Shown in pieces: positions 46,729-56,777 of a DNA stretch of 64,000 nucleotides. The notes below the pieces were generated by a model. The model ran no database searches. It was not told the DNA's origin and saw nothing but the letters and a program-made list of their open reading frames with translations. The position numbers were made by a program, and so were the translations under genes. Each line of letters opens with the position of its first letter. Positions within the stretch are counted from its first letter, which is position 1. Source of the stretch: Deltaproteobacteria bacterium (GTDB lineage: Bacteria; SAR324; NAC60-12); contig JAYOTF010000013.1 in the NCBI GenBank assembly GCA_038150265.1, positions 13,726 through 77,725 on the forward strand, written 5' to 3'.

Positions 46729-48519
46729 ATGGAGCAGCAAGTAGAGGTGAAGCACCGCAACTTGGTTGAGATGTTGGAGGAAGCGGTTCAGAAGTACCAG
46801 GACCGCCCACTGTACGGAACCAAGCGCAATGGGGTGTATGAGTGGACAACGTACCAGGAGTTCGCCCACCTGGTTGATCAGTTCCGGGGAGGCCTGGCTG
46901 CCTTGGGGGTGAAGCCCGGAGACCGGGTGGCCGTCATCAGCCGCAACACGCTCCAGTGGGCCGTGGGCGCCTATGCGGCGTATGGCCTGAAGGCGCAGTA
47001 TGTGCCGATGTATGAGACCCAGCTGACCAAGGAGTGGGAGTACATTACCCGCGACTGCGGCGCCACGGTGCTGCTGGCCTCCAGCCGGAGCGTCTACGAC
47101 CAGGTGGCCGACTTTCCGGAGCGGCTTCCGGAACTTCAGCACGTTGTGCTCCTGGATGAACCTGCGGCAGAGCACACGTGGGAGTCTCTGCTGGAAGTCG
47201 GACGTCAGCAACCGGTGCCAGCGCAGTATCCGGATTTTGAAGAGCCGATGGGGATGATCTACACCTCGGGCACCACCGGAAATCCCAAAGGCGTGGTGCT
47301 GAGTCACCGGAACATGCTCTTTGAGATTGCCTCCGGACTGATTGTGCTCCGGCTGGGTTGGGAACCGGGGCCCATGAAGAGCCTGTGCTTCCTCCCGTGG
47401 GCGCACGTGTTCGGGCAGGTGGTTGAGGTCCACGCCCTCATTCAGGAAGGCGGGTGTGCCGCGTTGGTGGAAGACGTCAACACGCTGGTGGATGAGCTGG
47501 GTGTGGTGCAGCCGACGGTGTTCTTTGCGGTGCCTCGGGTGTACAACCGGATTTATGATCGCCTGCTGGGGCAGATGCGGGAGAAGCCGGCGCCGATTCG
47601 GGCGCTGTTTCATGCCGGACTCGCCCGGGCCAAGCGAGAGCGCGAAGGGGAACCCCTCAGCGGACTCGACCGCCTCTTGTTGGGGATGGCCCGCAAGATC
47701 ATCTTCAGCAAGGTCCAGAAGCGCTTTGGCGGCCAGCTGAAAATGGCCGTCAGTGGCGCCAGCGCGCTCAGTCCGGAAGTTGCGGAGTTCGTCAACGACC
47801 TCGGCATTGACGTTTACGAAGGGTATGGCCTCAGTGAAAACACGGCCGCGCTCGCCGTGAACTACAAGGGCACCCGGAAGTTTGGCACCGTCGGGAAGCC
47901 GCTCCCTGGCGTCCGGATCGAGATCGACCCCAGCGTGGAAGGCTCAGTGGAAGGTGACGGTGAGATCATCGCCTATGGCGACAACATCATGGTGGGGTAC
48001 CACAACCTTCCGGACCGGACCACTGAGGTGCTGCAGCCCGATGGCGGACTCCGGACCGGGGACCTGGGGCACTTTGATGAAGACGGCTTCCTGCGCATCA
48101 CCGGACGCGTCAAGGAGCAGTTCAAGCTCGAGAATGGACGGTACGTTGCCCCGGCGCCACTCGAGGAGTCCCTGAAGCTCAGCCCCTTCATCAACCAGGC
48201 GATGATCTGTGGGCTGGGGCGTCCCTACACGGTGGTGCTGCTGGTGGTGGAGATGGGCTACGTCCGGAGCTATGCCGAGCGGCATCAGCAGTCCGGCACC
48301 GACGAGGAGCTGCTGGCGAGCGAGCTGCTGGCCAACCGCCTGAAGCGAGACATTGAACGCTATGGGGCGGACTTCAAGAATTATGAGGTGCCCAAGCGTT
48401 TCAAGCTGCTGACCGAGGAGTGGACCATTGAAAATGGCATGATCACCCCAACGTTGAAGCTGAAGCGAAACGTCGTGGAGGAGCGCTTTCAGGCCGAGAT
48501 TGAGGCGCTCTATCAGTAG
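46729..48519 (+). CDS. Long-chain fatty acid--CoA ligase
   Basis: IYTSGTTGNPKGV, YEGYGLSE, RTGDLG, ITGRVKE, TPTLKLKR. Confidence 0.93.
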   Translation: MEQQVEVKHRNLVEMLEEAVQKYQDRPLYGTKRNGVYEWTTYQEFAHLVDQFRGGLAALGVKPGDRVAVISRNTLQWAVGAYAAYGLKAQYVPMYETQLTKEWEYITRDCGATVLLASSRSVYDQVADFPERLPELQHVVLLDEPAAEHTWESLLEVGRQQPVPAQYPDFEEPMGMIYTSGTTGNPKGVVLSHRNMLFEIASGLIVLRLGWEPGPMKSLCFLPWAHVFGQVVEVHALIQEGGCAALVEDVNTLVDELGVVQPTVFFAVPRVYNRIYDRLLGQMREKPAPIRALFHAGLARAKREREGEPLSGLDRLLLGMARKIIFSKVQKRFGGQLKMAVSGASALSPEVAEFVNDLGIDVYEGYGLSENTAALAVNYKGTRKFGTVGKPLPGVRIEIDPSVEGSVEGDGEIIAYGDNIMVGYHNLPDRTTEVLQPDGGLRTGDLGHFDEDGFLRITGRVKEQFKLENGRYVAPAPLEESLKLSPFINQAMICGLGRPYTVVLLVVEMGYVRSYAERHQQSGTDEELLASELLANRLKRDIERYGADFKNYEVPKRFKLLTEEWTIENGMITPTLKLKRNVVEERFQAEIEALYQ

Positions 48520-48531
48520 CCGTCAGGCGGA

Positions 48532-50397
48532 TCAGGCGGCCTGAGCCGGGTTGGCCGTGGCGCCTTCGTCATCAGGAGCCAGGAAGCCTCCGGATTGCCG
48601 TTTCCACAGGTCAGCATAGATGGTGGAGTTCTGAACCAGCTCGGTGTGGGTTCCGGACTCCACGACCACGCCCTGGTCAATGACAATCAGGCGGTCGAGC
48701 TGGGCAATGGTGGAGAGGCGGTGGGCGATGGCGATGACGGTTTTCCCTTCCATGAGCCGGAGCAGGTTTTCCTGAATGGCCGCCTCGACCTCTGAGTCGA
48801 GCGCGGAAGTGGCTTCATCAAGCACCAGCAGCGGGGCATTCTTGAGAAAGACCCGGGCAATGGCAATGCGTTGCCGCTGGCCTCCGGAAAGCTTCACGCC
48901 CCGCTCTCCCACATGGGCATCGAGCCCCACCCGCCCCTGTGCATCTTCCAACCCCTGAATGAAGTCCCAGGCATTGGCCTGCCGGGCGGCAGACACAATG
49001 GCCTCGTCTGTTGCCTCCGGAGCCGAGTAGGCGATGTTGTCCCGGATGGAGCGGTGCAGCAGCGAGGTGTCTTGGGTGACGACGCCAATGTACGACCGGA
49101 GTTGGTCTTGTGGAACGGAAGCAATGTTCTGGCCGTCAATGCGAATCTCTCCAGACTGGAGGTCGTAGAAGCGCAGGAGGAGGTTCATCAGGGTGGTCTT
49201 TCCGGCGCCGGAGCGTCCGACCAGCCCGACCTTTTCTCCCGGACGGATGTGCAGGTTCAGGTTGCTGATGACGCCGCTGCTTTTGCCGTAGTGGAAGCTG
49301 ACCCCTTCAAAGGCGATCCCGCCTTCCTGCACCTGGAGGGGCTTGGGCTGGGGGGCATCGACCACGGTGTGGGGCTTGGTCAGCATGGCCATGCCGTCGT
49401 GGACGACTCCGATGTTTTCAAAGAGGGCGGAGACCTCCCACATGATCCACTGGGACATGCCGTTGATGCGCAGACACAGGCCAATGGCGATGGCAATGGC
49501 TCCCACGGAAACCACCGCGTTGAGCCACAGCCAGATCGAGATGGCGGCCACGCCAAACACCACCATGGCATTGTTGAGGTAGACGCTGACCTGAAACAGC
49601 GTCACCAGCCGCATCTGCCCATGAACGGTGCCCAGGAAGCCCTCCATGCCTTCTCGGGCGTAGGCGGCTTCGCGTCCGGCATGAGAGAAGAGCTTGACGG
49701 TCGCAATGTTCGTGTAGCTGTCCACCACGCGTCCGGTCATCAGCGAACGGGCGTCGGCCTGGTTCCGGGAGACCTCCTTGAGGCGTGGGACAAAGTAGCG
49801 GATGAGGGAGACGTAAACGAAGAGCCAGAGCAGCAGGGGCAGCATCAGCTTCCAGTCTGCCGAGGCCACCAGCACCAGCATGGAAAGGAAGTAGACCCCG
49901 ACGTACACAAAGACGTCCAGCAGCTTCATCACACACTCCCGGATCGAAAGCGAGGTCTGCATGACCTTGGTGGCAACGCGTCCGGCAAACTCGCTGGCAA
50001 AGAAGGCCATGCTCTGCCGGAGCAGCGACTGGTGCATCTGCCAGCGGGCAATCATGGGCACGTTTCCCAGCAGCGTCTGGTGGATGAGCAGGGACTGCAG
50101 GGCAACGATCAGCGGCAGCCCGACCAGCAGGACGGTGCCCATCCAGAGCAGGGTCCCTTGCTCCCGAGCGAGGAAGCCTTCCCGGTCGGCCGAGGACAGC
50201 CAGTCCACAATGTTTCCCAGAAATCCGAACAGGTACACCTCGCCTGCAGCAATGAGGGCGGTGATGATCGACATCAGCACCAGCCACGGAGCCGCCGGCT
50301 TCGTGTAGTACCAGCAGAAGGCGAGAAAGCCCTGGGGGGGCGTGGTGAAATTTTCTTCCGGAAACGGATTCAGGCGGGCTTCAAACCAGGAAAACAT
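48532..50397 (-). CDS. ABC exporter, fused permease/ATPase
   Basis: N-terminal TM domain; GRSGAGKTT, LSGGQRQR, LVLDEATSALD, IAHRLST. Confidence 0.93.
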   Translation of the reverse strand: MFSWFEARLNPFPEENFTTPPQGFLAFCWYYTKPAAPWLVLMSIITALIAAGEVYLFGFLGNIVDWLSSADREGFLAREQGTLLWMGTVLLVGLPLIVALQSLLIHQTLLGNVPMIARWQMHQSLLRQSMAFFASEFAGRVATKVMQTSLSIRECVMKLLDVFVYVGVYFLSMLVLVASADWKLMLPLLLWLFVYVSLIRYFVPRLKEVSRNQADARSLMTGRVVDSYTNIATVKLFSHAGREAAYAREGMEGFLGTVHGQMRLVTLFQVSVYLNNAMVVFGVAAISIWLWLNAVVSVGAIAIAIGLCLRINGMSQWIMWEVSALFENIGVVHDGMAMLTKPHTVVDAPQPKPLQVQEGGIAFEGVSFHYGKSSGVISNLNLHIRPGEKVGLVGRSGAGKTTLMNLLLRFYDLQSGEIRIDGQNIASVPQDQLRSYIGVVTQDTSLLHRSIRDNIAYSAPEATDEAIVSAARQANAWDFIQGLEDAQGRVGLDAHVGERGVKLSGGQRQRIAIARVFLKNAPLLVLDEATSALDSEVEAAIQENLLRLMEGKTVIAIAHRLSTIAQLDRLIVIDQGVVVESGTHTELVQNSTIYADLWKRQSGGFLAPDDEGATANPAQAA

Positions 50398-50489
50398 GGG
50401 GCTGGAGGTCACAGGGTTGGAAAAGCAGGTCGGTCTTCAAGATGGCGAGAAGCGGAGGAAGTGACAACCTGAAAAATGCCCGTCTGGCG

Positions 50490-50966
50490 TCAGAAGAAGC
50501 ACCGGAGCAGGATCAGGGTCGGGAGGTCGGTGTTGGCGGTCTTGAGGTAGAGGCGGTGTTCCTGTGGTCGCGCGTAGTCTTCCTTGAGGCGATTGTAGCG
50601 GCGGTCTCGGTTGCTGGCGGTGCAGACGAGCGGGCCTTCCAGCACCTGCTCGCCCTTGCGGCAGCTCAGCGTTTTGCCTTCCGCCACCAACTCGCTCCCA
50701 AGGGTGGTCCAGAATTTTCCAATGTCGCAGCCCCATCCCGTGACCTCCGTGAGGGTGCCTTCCGTGGTGACCGGAAGGGTTTCAAACGGACCCCGGGGGC
50801 CTTCCCGGAACACCAGCACCTCCCACTTGAAGAAATCGGCGTGGGCGGTCCACGGGTGGACGAGCAGCAGCAGGCCAACCAGGGCGTGCCGAACCCCCGG
50901 ATGTGAAAAACGCCTGCCGGAGCAAGGTTCGTTGAATGTTTCCAGGAGGTGTGAAAAACTGATCAT
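50490..50966 (-). CDS. Hypothetical, probably exported protein (start uncertain)
   Basis: Signal-like ALVGLLLLVHPWTAHA followed by a Cys-containing domain. Confidence 0.5.
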   Translation of the reverse strand: MISFSHLLETFNEPCSGRRFSHPGVRHALVGLLLLVHPWTAHADFFKWEVLVFREGPRGPFETLPVTTEGTLTEVTGWGCDIGKFWTTLGSELVAEGKTLSCRKGEQVLEGPLVCTASNRDRRYNRLKEDYARPQEHRLYLKTANTDLPTLILLRCFF

Positions 50967-51014
50967 TCTTGGGTTTCCGCCTTAATTTTGACACCTTTCA
51001 GTAGAACCCTTCCA

Positions 51015-51506
51015 ATGAGCGAAGACAATTCGATTTTCCAGGCCCATACCGTCACTTCCGAAGAGTGGGAGCTGACGATGGATCAACTCTTCATGGGGTG
51101 CATTCATCGCTCCAAACACGGCTTGGCCATGTACACCAACACGATGCGGGCCCGGACGGATGACAAAAAGGGGTTCGTGATGACCGATGTGAGCTTTCGC
51201 GTCAAGAACGGCCTGGACTCGAAGCTGGCCAAGGCGCTGAAGATTGAGCGGTCCGAGTTTGACGGTCTGTTGGAAATTGAACGATCAGCGACCCCGGTGG
51301 TCTATGATTTTTTCAAAGTAACGGATACAGTATTACCGAACAATGCTTTGATCAATTTTGTCCATGCCGGAGACCGTCACGCCATTTTGGTCTTCTCTCC
51401 CATTGAGGGCCGTCTGGAGATGATGCGGGTGATCAACACCTTCAACAGCATTCTGGATCCAGAAGGAACCCAGGCAGCAGAAGCAGGGCAGGCTCCGGAC
51501 GCTTAA
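51015..51506 (+). CDS. Hypothetical protein
   Basis: Protein-like ORF MSEDNSIFQAH... directly upstream of lon. Confidence 0.65.
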   Translation: MSEDNSIFQAHTVTSEEWELTMDQLFMGCIHRSKHGLAMYTNTMRARTDDKKGFVMTDVSFRVKNGLDSKLAKALKIERSEFDGLLEIERSATPVVYDFFKVTDTVLPNNALINFVHAGDRHAILVFSPIEGRLEMMRVINTFNSILDPEGTQAAEAGQAPDA

Positions 51507-51542
51507 CTGTGAACCCTCGCTTTTCAGTGTGAAAAGGTGCCC

Positions 51543-54032
51543 ATGCCTGACGACTCCCCCCTTGACTCCGAGTCCAACCTGGAAGACGCCTCTCCGGAGG
51601 TGGAAATTCTGGAACCGACCCCGGAGGACAAATCGATCATTCTGGCAAGTGAGCTGTTACCCGAACAGCTGATTCTGGTACCGCTGTACGATCGCCCCCT
51701 TTTTCCGAAGATGATGCTCCCGGTGGTCATCAGCAACACCGACCTGGAGCCGTTGCTGCTGGAGGAGGTCAAGAAGGACCTCAAGTTCATCGGCCTCGTC
51801 TACACCCGTCAGGACGACGACGCGGACGAGGACGACCCCGGAGAGCCGGCCTCGGTGGGCGTGGTGGCCCGCATCGTCCAGGCCACCAAGCCGCAGCCCA
51901 ACATTCCGCTCCACATTGTGGTGCAGGTGCAGGACCGGTTTGACCTCACCGAAATCCTGACCCGCGAGCCCCTGATGCGGGCCCGGGTGAGCTACTGGTA
52001 CGATACCCCGGACAACGGCGAAGGGGACGACCTGAAGGCCTACTCGCTTTCGGTGATCAACATCATCAAGGAACTGGTCCAGCTCAACCCCCTCTTCAAG
52101 GAAGAACTGGGGTTGCTGATGGGACGCATCAACCTCAAGGAGCCCGGAACCCTTGCGGATTTTGCCGCCTCCATGACCACCTCCACGGGGGAGGAGCTGC
52201 AGAAGGTTCTGGAAATCCGGACCATCAAGAAGCGCATTGAGTACGTGCTCTGGCTGCTGCGCAAGGAGCTGGAAGTGGCCCAGATGCAGACCCGGATTTC
52301 CAAGCGCATTGAGGAGCGCATGAGCCAGCAGCAGCGGGAATTCTTTCTGCGCGAACAGCTCAAGGAGATCAAGAAGGAGCTGGGCCTGACCAAGGAAGGC
52401 TCCGACAGCGAGGTGGAAAAGTTTCAGGCCCGCCTCAAGAAGCTCAAGCTTTCCGAGGAAGCCCGAGACCGCATTCAGGAGGAGCTGGAGAAGTTTCGGC
52501 TGCTTGAGCCCTCGTCTCCGGAGTACAACGTCAGCCGCGCTTACCTGGACTGGCTGACGGTGCTGCCGTGGGGCGTGTACAGCAAGGACCGCTACGACCT
52601 CAAGCGGGCCCGGACGGTGCTGGATCGCGATCATTACGGCCTGCAGGATGTCAAGGACCGCATCCTGGAGTTGCTCTCCGTGGGCATGATCAAGGGCGAC
52701 CTGGCGGGCTCGATTGTCCTGCTCGTGGGCCCACCCGGCGTGGGGAAGACCTCCATCGGCCAGTCGGTCGCCAAGGCGGTGGGGCGCAAGTTCTTCCGCT
52801 TCAGCCTCGGAGGCATGCGAGACGAAGCCGAGATCAAGGGACACCGTCGGACCTACATCGGCGCCCTCCCCGGAAAGTTCATCAATGCCCTCAAGACGGT
52901 CAAGACCGCGAACCCGGTGATCATGCTGGATGAGATCGACAAGATCGGGGCCAGCTACCAGGGGGACCCGGCTTCCGCGCTGCTGGAGGTGCTGGATCCG
53001 GAGCAGAACAAGGACTTTCTGGACCACTACCTCGACATCCGTTTTGACCTCTCGAAGGTGCTCTTTCTCTGCACCGCCAACACGCTGGAAACGATCCCGG
53101 CGCCGCTGCTGGACCGGATGGAGGTCATTCGCCTTTCCGGTTACATCCTTGAGGAAAAGGTTCAGATTGCCCAGCGGCACCTGCTGCCTCGTCAGCTCAA
53201 GAACCACGGCCTCCGCAAGAGCCAGTTTCAGATCAGCGAGCCGGTCCTCCGGGACGTCATTGACGGCTATGCCCGCGAAGCCGGGGTCCGGAGCCTGGAA
53301 AACAACCTCCGGAAGCTGATGCGCAAGGCGACTCGGCAGATTGTTGAGGACGGCAGCAAGAAGGTCGTCATCAAGCAGGAGGACCTTTCGAAGCAGCTGG
53401 GGAAACGGGTCTTTGCTGAGGAAGACCGCTACCAGGAGCCTCACGTGGGGGTGGTCACCGGGCTGGCCTACACCTCGCTGGGCGGGGCCACGCTGCACAT
53501 TGAGGCCACCGCCGTTTCGGCAAAAACCGGGGGCTTCAAGCAGACGGGGCAACTGGGTGAGGTGATGGTCGAGTCCTCGGAAATTGCCTTCACCTTCATG
53601 CGGGCGCTGCTCAAGGACCACCCGGAGGTGCAGGAGTTCCTCACGAACCACTTGATCCACCTGCATGTTCCCGCTGGCGCCACTCCGAAGGATGGCCCTT
53701 CTGCCGGCATCACCATGGCCTGTGCGCTCTACTCGTTGCTCACCCAGACGCCCATTCGGGCCCACCTGGCGATGACCGGCGAGCTGACGCTGACCGGGCT
53801 CGTCATGCCGATTGGGGGAGTCAAGGAAAAGACGATTGCCGCTCGACGCTCTGGCATCCGGACCCTGCTGTTTCCCGCAGAAAACCGGGAAGACTTCGAG
53901 GAGCTGGATGAGAGCATCCGGGACGGAATCGAAGCCCACTTCGTCAAGCAGTTCTCCGATGTGCTGGAAATTGCGTTTCCAGCGGCTGCCGAATCCACTG
54001 AACGTGCTTCTGCTGAGTTTTCTGATGAGTGA
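51543..54032 (+). CDS. lon: ATP-dependent protease La
   Basis: [57 protein letters not shown]. Confidence 0.97.
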   Translation: MPDDSPLDSESNLEDASPEVEILEPTPEDKSIILASELLPEQLILVPLYDRPLFPKMMLPVVISNTDLEPLLLEEVKKDLKFIGLVYTRQDDDADEDDPGEPASVGVVARIVQATKPQPNIPLHIVVQVQDRFDLTEILTREPLMRARVSYWYDTPDNGEGDDLKAYSLSVINIIKELVQLNPLFKEELGLLMGRINLKEPGTLADFAASMTTSTGEELQKVLEIRTIKKRIEYVLWLLRKELEVAQMQTRISKRIEERMSQQQREFFLREQLKEIKKELGLTKEGSDSEVEKFQARLKKLKLSEEARDRIQEELEKFRLLEPSSPEYNVSRAYLDWLTVLPWGVYSKDRYDLKRARTVLDRDHYGLQDVKDRILELLSVGMIKGDLAGSIVLLVGPPGVGKTSIGQSVAKAVGRKFFRFSLGGMRDEAEIKGHRRTYIGALPGKFINALKTVKTANPVIMLDEIDKIGASYQGDPASALLEVLDPEQNKDFLDHYLDIRFDLSKVLFLCTANTLETIPAPLLDRMEVIRLSGYILEEKVQIAQRHLLPRQLKNHGLRKSQFQISEPVLRDVIDGYAREAGVRSLENNLRKLMRKATRQIVEDGSKKVVIKQEDLSKQLGKRVFAEEDRYQEPHVGVVTGLAYTSLGGATLHIEATAVSAKTGGFKQTGQLGEVMVESSEIAFTFMRALLKDHPEVQEFLTNHLIHLHVPAGATPKDGPSAGITMACALYSLLTQTPIRAHLAMTGELTLTGLVMPIGGVKEKTIAARRSGIRTLLFPAENREDFEELDESIRDGIEAHFVKQFSDVLEIAFPAAAESTERASAEFSDE

Positions 54033-54243
54033 TGTGACCTTTCAACCGACCCCCCGGGAGTTTCTGGAGAAGCTCCCGCGCAAGACCTCTGCTGACCACG
54101 AACGAGACCGTCGGCTCATGCAACAGCTGCCCCAGCTGCCTGAGGCGGTGCATGAGCACCAGGACTCCCAGCGCCAGGAAGCCCTGGAGGCTTCACGCCG
54201 TGCGCTGGCGCAGGTCATGGAGCAACTCCGGGCAAATGCCTGA
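54025..54243 (+). CDS. Small hypothetical protein coupled to lon
   Basis: ATG overlaps the lon 3' end; [20 protein letters not shown]..., helical. Confidence 0.5.
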   Translation: MSDVTFQPTPREFLEKLPRKTSADHERDRRLMQQLPQLPEAVHEHQDSQRQEALEASRRALAQVMEQLRANA

Positions 54244-54270
54244 ACCCTTTCTCTTTCTCTGAGCCTCTCT

Positions 54271-55665
54271 ATGGAATCAATGGTCCGGACCCTTTCTCCG
54301 TCTGATGGACGCGTGGTGGTCGAGCGCCCCTTTGCCTCTGCGGCAGAGCAAGCGGCCTGCCTTTCTCAAGCCCGTGCCGCACAGGCCAAGTGGCAACAGA
54401 CTCCACTGGCCACCCGCCAGGAAATCCTCACCCGGGCCGTCGATCGGATGGTGGCCCAGAAGGAGGAAATTGCTGCTGAAATCACGATGCAGATGGGACG
54501 TCCAATTGCTCAATCCCCCGGAGAGGTCAATGGCTTTGAGGAGCGCGCCCGGCACCTGATTTCCATTGCCGACTCAGCCCTTGCGAAGGTCGATCCCGGA
54601 CCCAAGACCGGCTTTGAGCGCTGGATTGAGCGCGCTCCTCTGGGCGTGGTGGTGGTCATTGCGCCCTGGAATTTTCCGTACCTGACTTCAGTCAATGCGG
54701 TCTGGACCGCCTTGCTGGCCGGAAACGCGGTGGTGCTCAAGCACTCGCCTCAGACGCCGCTGTGTGCCGAGCGCTACCAGCAGGTGCTTCAGGAAGCCGG
54801 GCTCCCGGAGGGCGTCTTCCAGTACCTGCACCTTGACCTGGACGGGACCACTGCGTTGGTGCAGGATCCGCAGGTGGACTTTGTGGCCTTCACCGGATCG
54901 GTGGAAGGGGGCCATGCCGTCACGCAGGCCCTGGCCCAGTCGTTCAAGGGCTGTGGTCTGGAACTGGGGGGCAAGGATCCGGCATACGTCCGGGCCGATG
55001 CCGACCTGACTCAGGCGGTCGAGACCCTGGTCGATGGGGCCTGCTTCAACTCCGGACAGTCCTGTTGCGGCATTGAGCGCATTTATGTTCACGAGTCGCT
55101 GTTTGATGCCTTTGTGGAGCAGGCGGCAGCGCTGATGGCCAGCTACCGGTTGGGCGATCCACAGGATCCGGAAACGAACCTCGGGCCGCTGGTGAATCCT
55201 CGCGCGGCCGACAAGGTCCGGAGCCACGTTCAGGAGGCACTGGAGCAGGGGGCCACCGCCCATGTGGACCCGGCGCTGTTTCCGGTCGCTCAGCCCGGGA
55301 CGTCCTACTGCGCTCCGCAGCTGCTGACCAACGTCACGCATGAGATGACGCTGATGCGTGAAGAAACCTTCGGGCCGGTCGTGGGGGTCATGAAGGTGCA
55401 GGATGATGAAGAGGCCCTGGCGCTGATGAACGACAGCCGCTACGGTCTGACCGCAGCGCTCTTCACCCGGGACGTGGCTGTTGCAGAGCAGCTGGCCGCC
55501 CGGCTGGAGACCGGGACCGTCTTCATGAACCGGTGCGACTACCTGGATCCGGCGCTGGCCTGGACCGGTGTCAAGGATTCTGGACGCGGCTGCACCCTCT
55601 CTGCCGTCGGCTTTGAGCACTTCACCCGCCCCAAAAGCTACCACTTCCGCCTGCCAACCTCCTGA
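54271..55665 (+). CDS. Aldehyde dehydrogenase family protein
   Basis: APWNFP, FTGS, LELGGKDP, FNSGQSCC, EETFGP. Confidence 0.94.
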   Translation: MESMVRTLSPSDGRVVVERPFASAAEQAACLSQARAAQAKWQQTPLATRQEILTRAVDRMVAQKEEIAAEITMQMGRPIAQSPGEVNGFEERARHLISIADSALAKVDPGPKTGFERWIERAPLGVVVVIAPWNFPYLTSVNAVWTALLAGNAVVLKHSPQTPLCAERYQQVLQEAGLPEGVFQYLHLDLDGTTALVQDPQVDFVAFTGSVEGGHAVTQALAQSFKGCGLELGGKDPAYVRADADLTQAVETLVDGACFNSGQSCCGIERIYVHESLFDAFVEQAAALMASYRLGDPQDPETNLGPLVNPRAADKVRSHVQEALEQGATAHVDPALFPVAQPGTSYCAPQLLTNVTHEMTLMREETFGPVVGVMKVQDDEEALALMNDSRYGLTAALFTRDVAVAEQLAARLETGTVFMNRCDYLDPALAWTGVKDSGRGCTLSAVGFEHFTRPKSYHFRLPTS

Positions 55666-55682
55666 TCGGCTCCCCTCCTCCC

Positions 55683-55703
55683 AGGCTCCCTCAAGGGGAG
55701 CCT
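55683..55703 (+). terminator. Hairpin after the aldehyde dehydrogenase
   Basis: aggctccct-caa-ggggagcct. Confidence 0.45.
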
Positions 55704-55717
55704 CCTGTAAAAAATTC

Positions 55718-55745
55718 TTGCAATCCTCACTTTTCTTGTTATTTT
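55718..55745 (+). promoter_or_regulatory. Candidate sigma-70 promoter with extended -10
   Basis: TTGCAA-16 nt-TATTTT with TGn immediately before the -10; AT-rich upstream element. Confidence 0.5.
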
Positions 55746-55751
55746 TGTGGA

Positions 55752-56035
55752 TTACCTACCGGCCTGATCCGGTAGGCGCAAGTCAGGCCCTCAGCACCCT
55801 GTTCTGGCTTAGCGTAGACGTCAGCACCCCCAGCATCGTCTTATGCCGGGAGTTGAAGGATTCGATTCATGCCAAATCCCCTTCGGGTTCTGACGGAACT
55901 TCATCAGTGATTGTTATGGGTAGTACAAACGACGAGAGGCGATGCCGAACGGAAGCGCGTGTCCGCGTTCCGGGTCGGAAGTCCGCAGCCTAGGCCGTCC
56001 TGTACTTCATAACGGGACTCGGCCTCGCTGAGCTT
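55752..56035 (+). ncRNA. Candidate structured non-coding RNA or leader upstream of speD-speE (family not recognised)
   Basis: Nested complementary segments and a 5' pseudoknot (see findings); starts right after the promoter; no credible CDS in this ~630-nt intergenic gap. Confidence 0.55.
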
Positions 56036-56297
56036 CCCTCCCCCCTTCCGTTCCTCGCACTCCGCATCCCTCTCGAAAACGGGCATTCCCGTGTTGGTTG
56101 GCTCCACGCAGGCAGCAATGGCTCCTGACGCTGAAGCCACGGTTTGGTTCGTTGACCCCTTCGAGTCCGCCTCATCCGCCTGAAATCGGTCTCCGTGTTG
56201 CCCCTGTGGTCCGGAAGCCTCGGGCCGCTCCGGTTGCGCCACAACGCCGCTGACGGGGCAGAGGCATGCGATCATCTTTTAGCAATGAGGAACCCCC

Positions 56298-56777
56298 ATG
56301 GCCTTGAACATCATTTATCGCGGAAAGAACAACCCGGCTCCCACCTTCCTGAAGGCACCGATTGACCTGGAAGATGAGTTGAACCGCAAGGACCACTTCA
56401 TCGTGAAAGACGGGGTCACCTGCGCGGGCACCCACGTCATCATTGACCTCTGGGATGCCACCGAGCTGGACAGCCTCGAGGCCATGGAAGCAGCCATGCG
56501 GGAGGCCGTTGAGGTCTGTGGCGCCACCCTGCTGCACATCCACCTGCACCACTTCACTCCAAACGGAGGCGTCTCTGGCGTGGCAGTGCTTGCCGAGTCG
56601 CACATCAGCGTGCATTCGTGGCCTGAGCGCGGTTTTGCCGCATTTGACGTGTTCATGTGTGGAGACGCCAAGCCTGAGCTGGCGGTGGATGTCTTCCGGA
56701 AGCACTTCAACCCACGCCGTGTGGAAGTTCACCAGCACCTCCGGGGCACTGTCGGGAGCAGCAATGGAACGGTTTGA
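56298..56777 (+). CDS. speD: S-adenosylmethionine decarboxylase proenzyme
   Basis: GTHVIIDLW, GGVSGVAVLAESHISVHSWPE (Glu-Ser self-cleavage site), DVFMCG. Confidence 0.96.
   Translation: MALNIIYRGKNNPAPTFLKAPIDLEDELNRKDHFIVKDGVTCAGTHVIIDLWDATELDSLEAMEAAMREAVEVCGATLLHIHLHHFTPNGGVSGVAVLAESHISVHSWPERGFAAFDVFMCGDAKPELAVDVFRKHFNPRRVEVHQHLRGTVGSSNGTV

Noticed and set aside
55860..55910. SAM-I-like tgccaaatcc and minus-strand hammerhead-like ctgatga...cgaa
   Set aside because: The remaining SAM-I elements (AUC..GAG, GCAACC, kink-turn) are absent. The hammerhead stem II closure and GAAA core are imperfect.
55848..55993. tmRNA resemblance (ggattcgat; tagt-acaaacgacgag like the ANDE resume site; ORF ends AA*)
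   Set aside because: No T-arm (GGTTCRANTCC), acceptor stem or CCA end was found nearby, so it is not called tmRNA.
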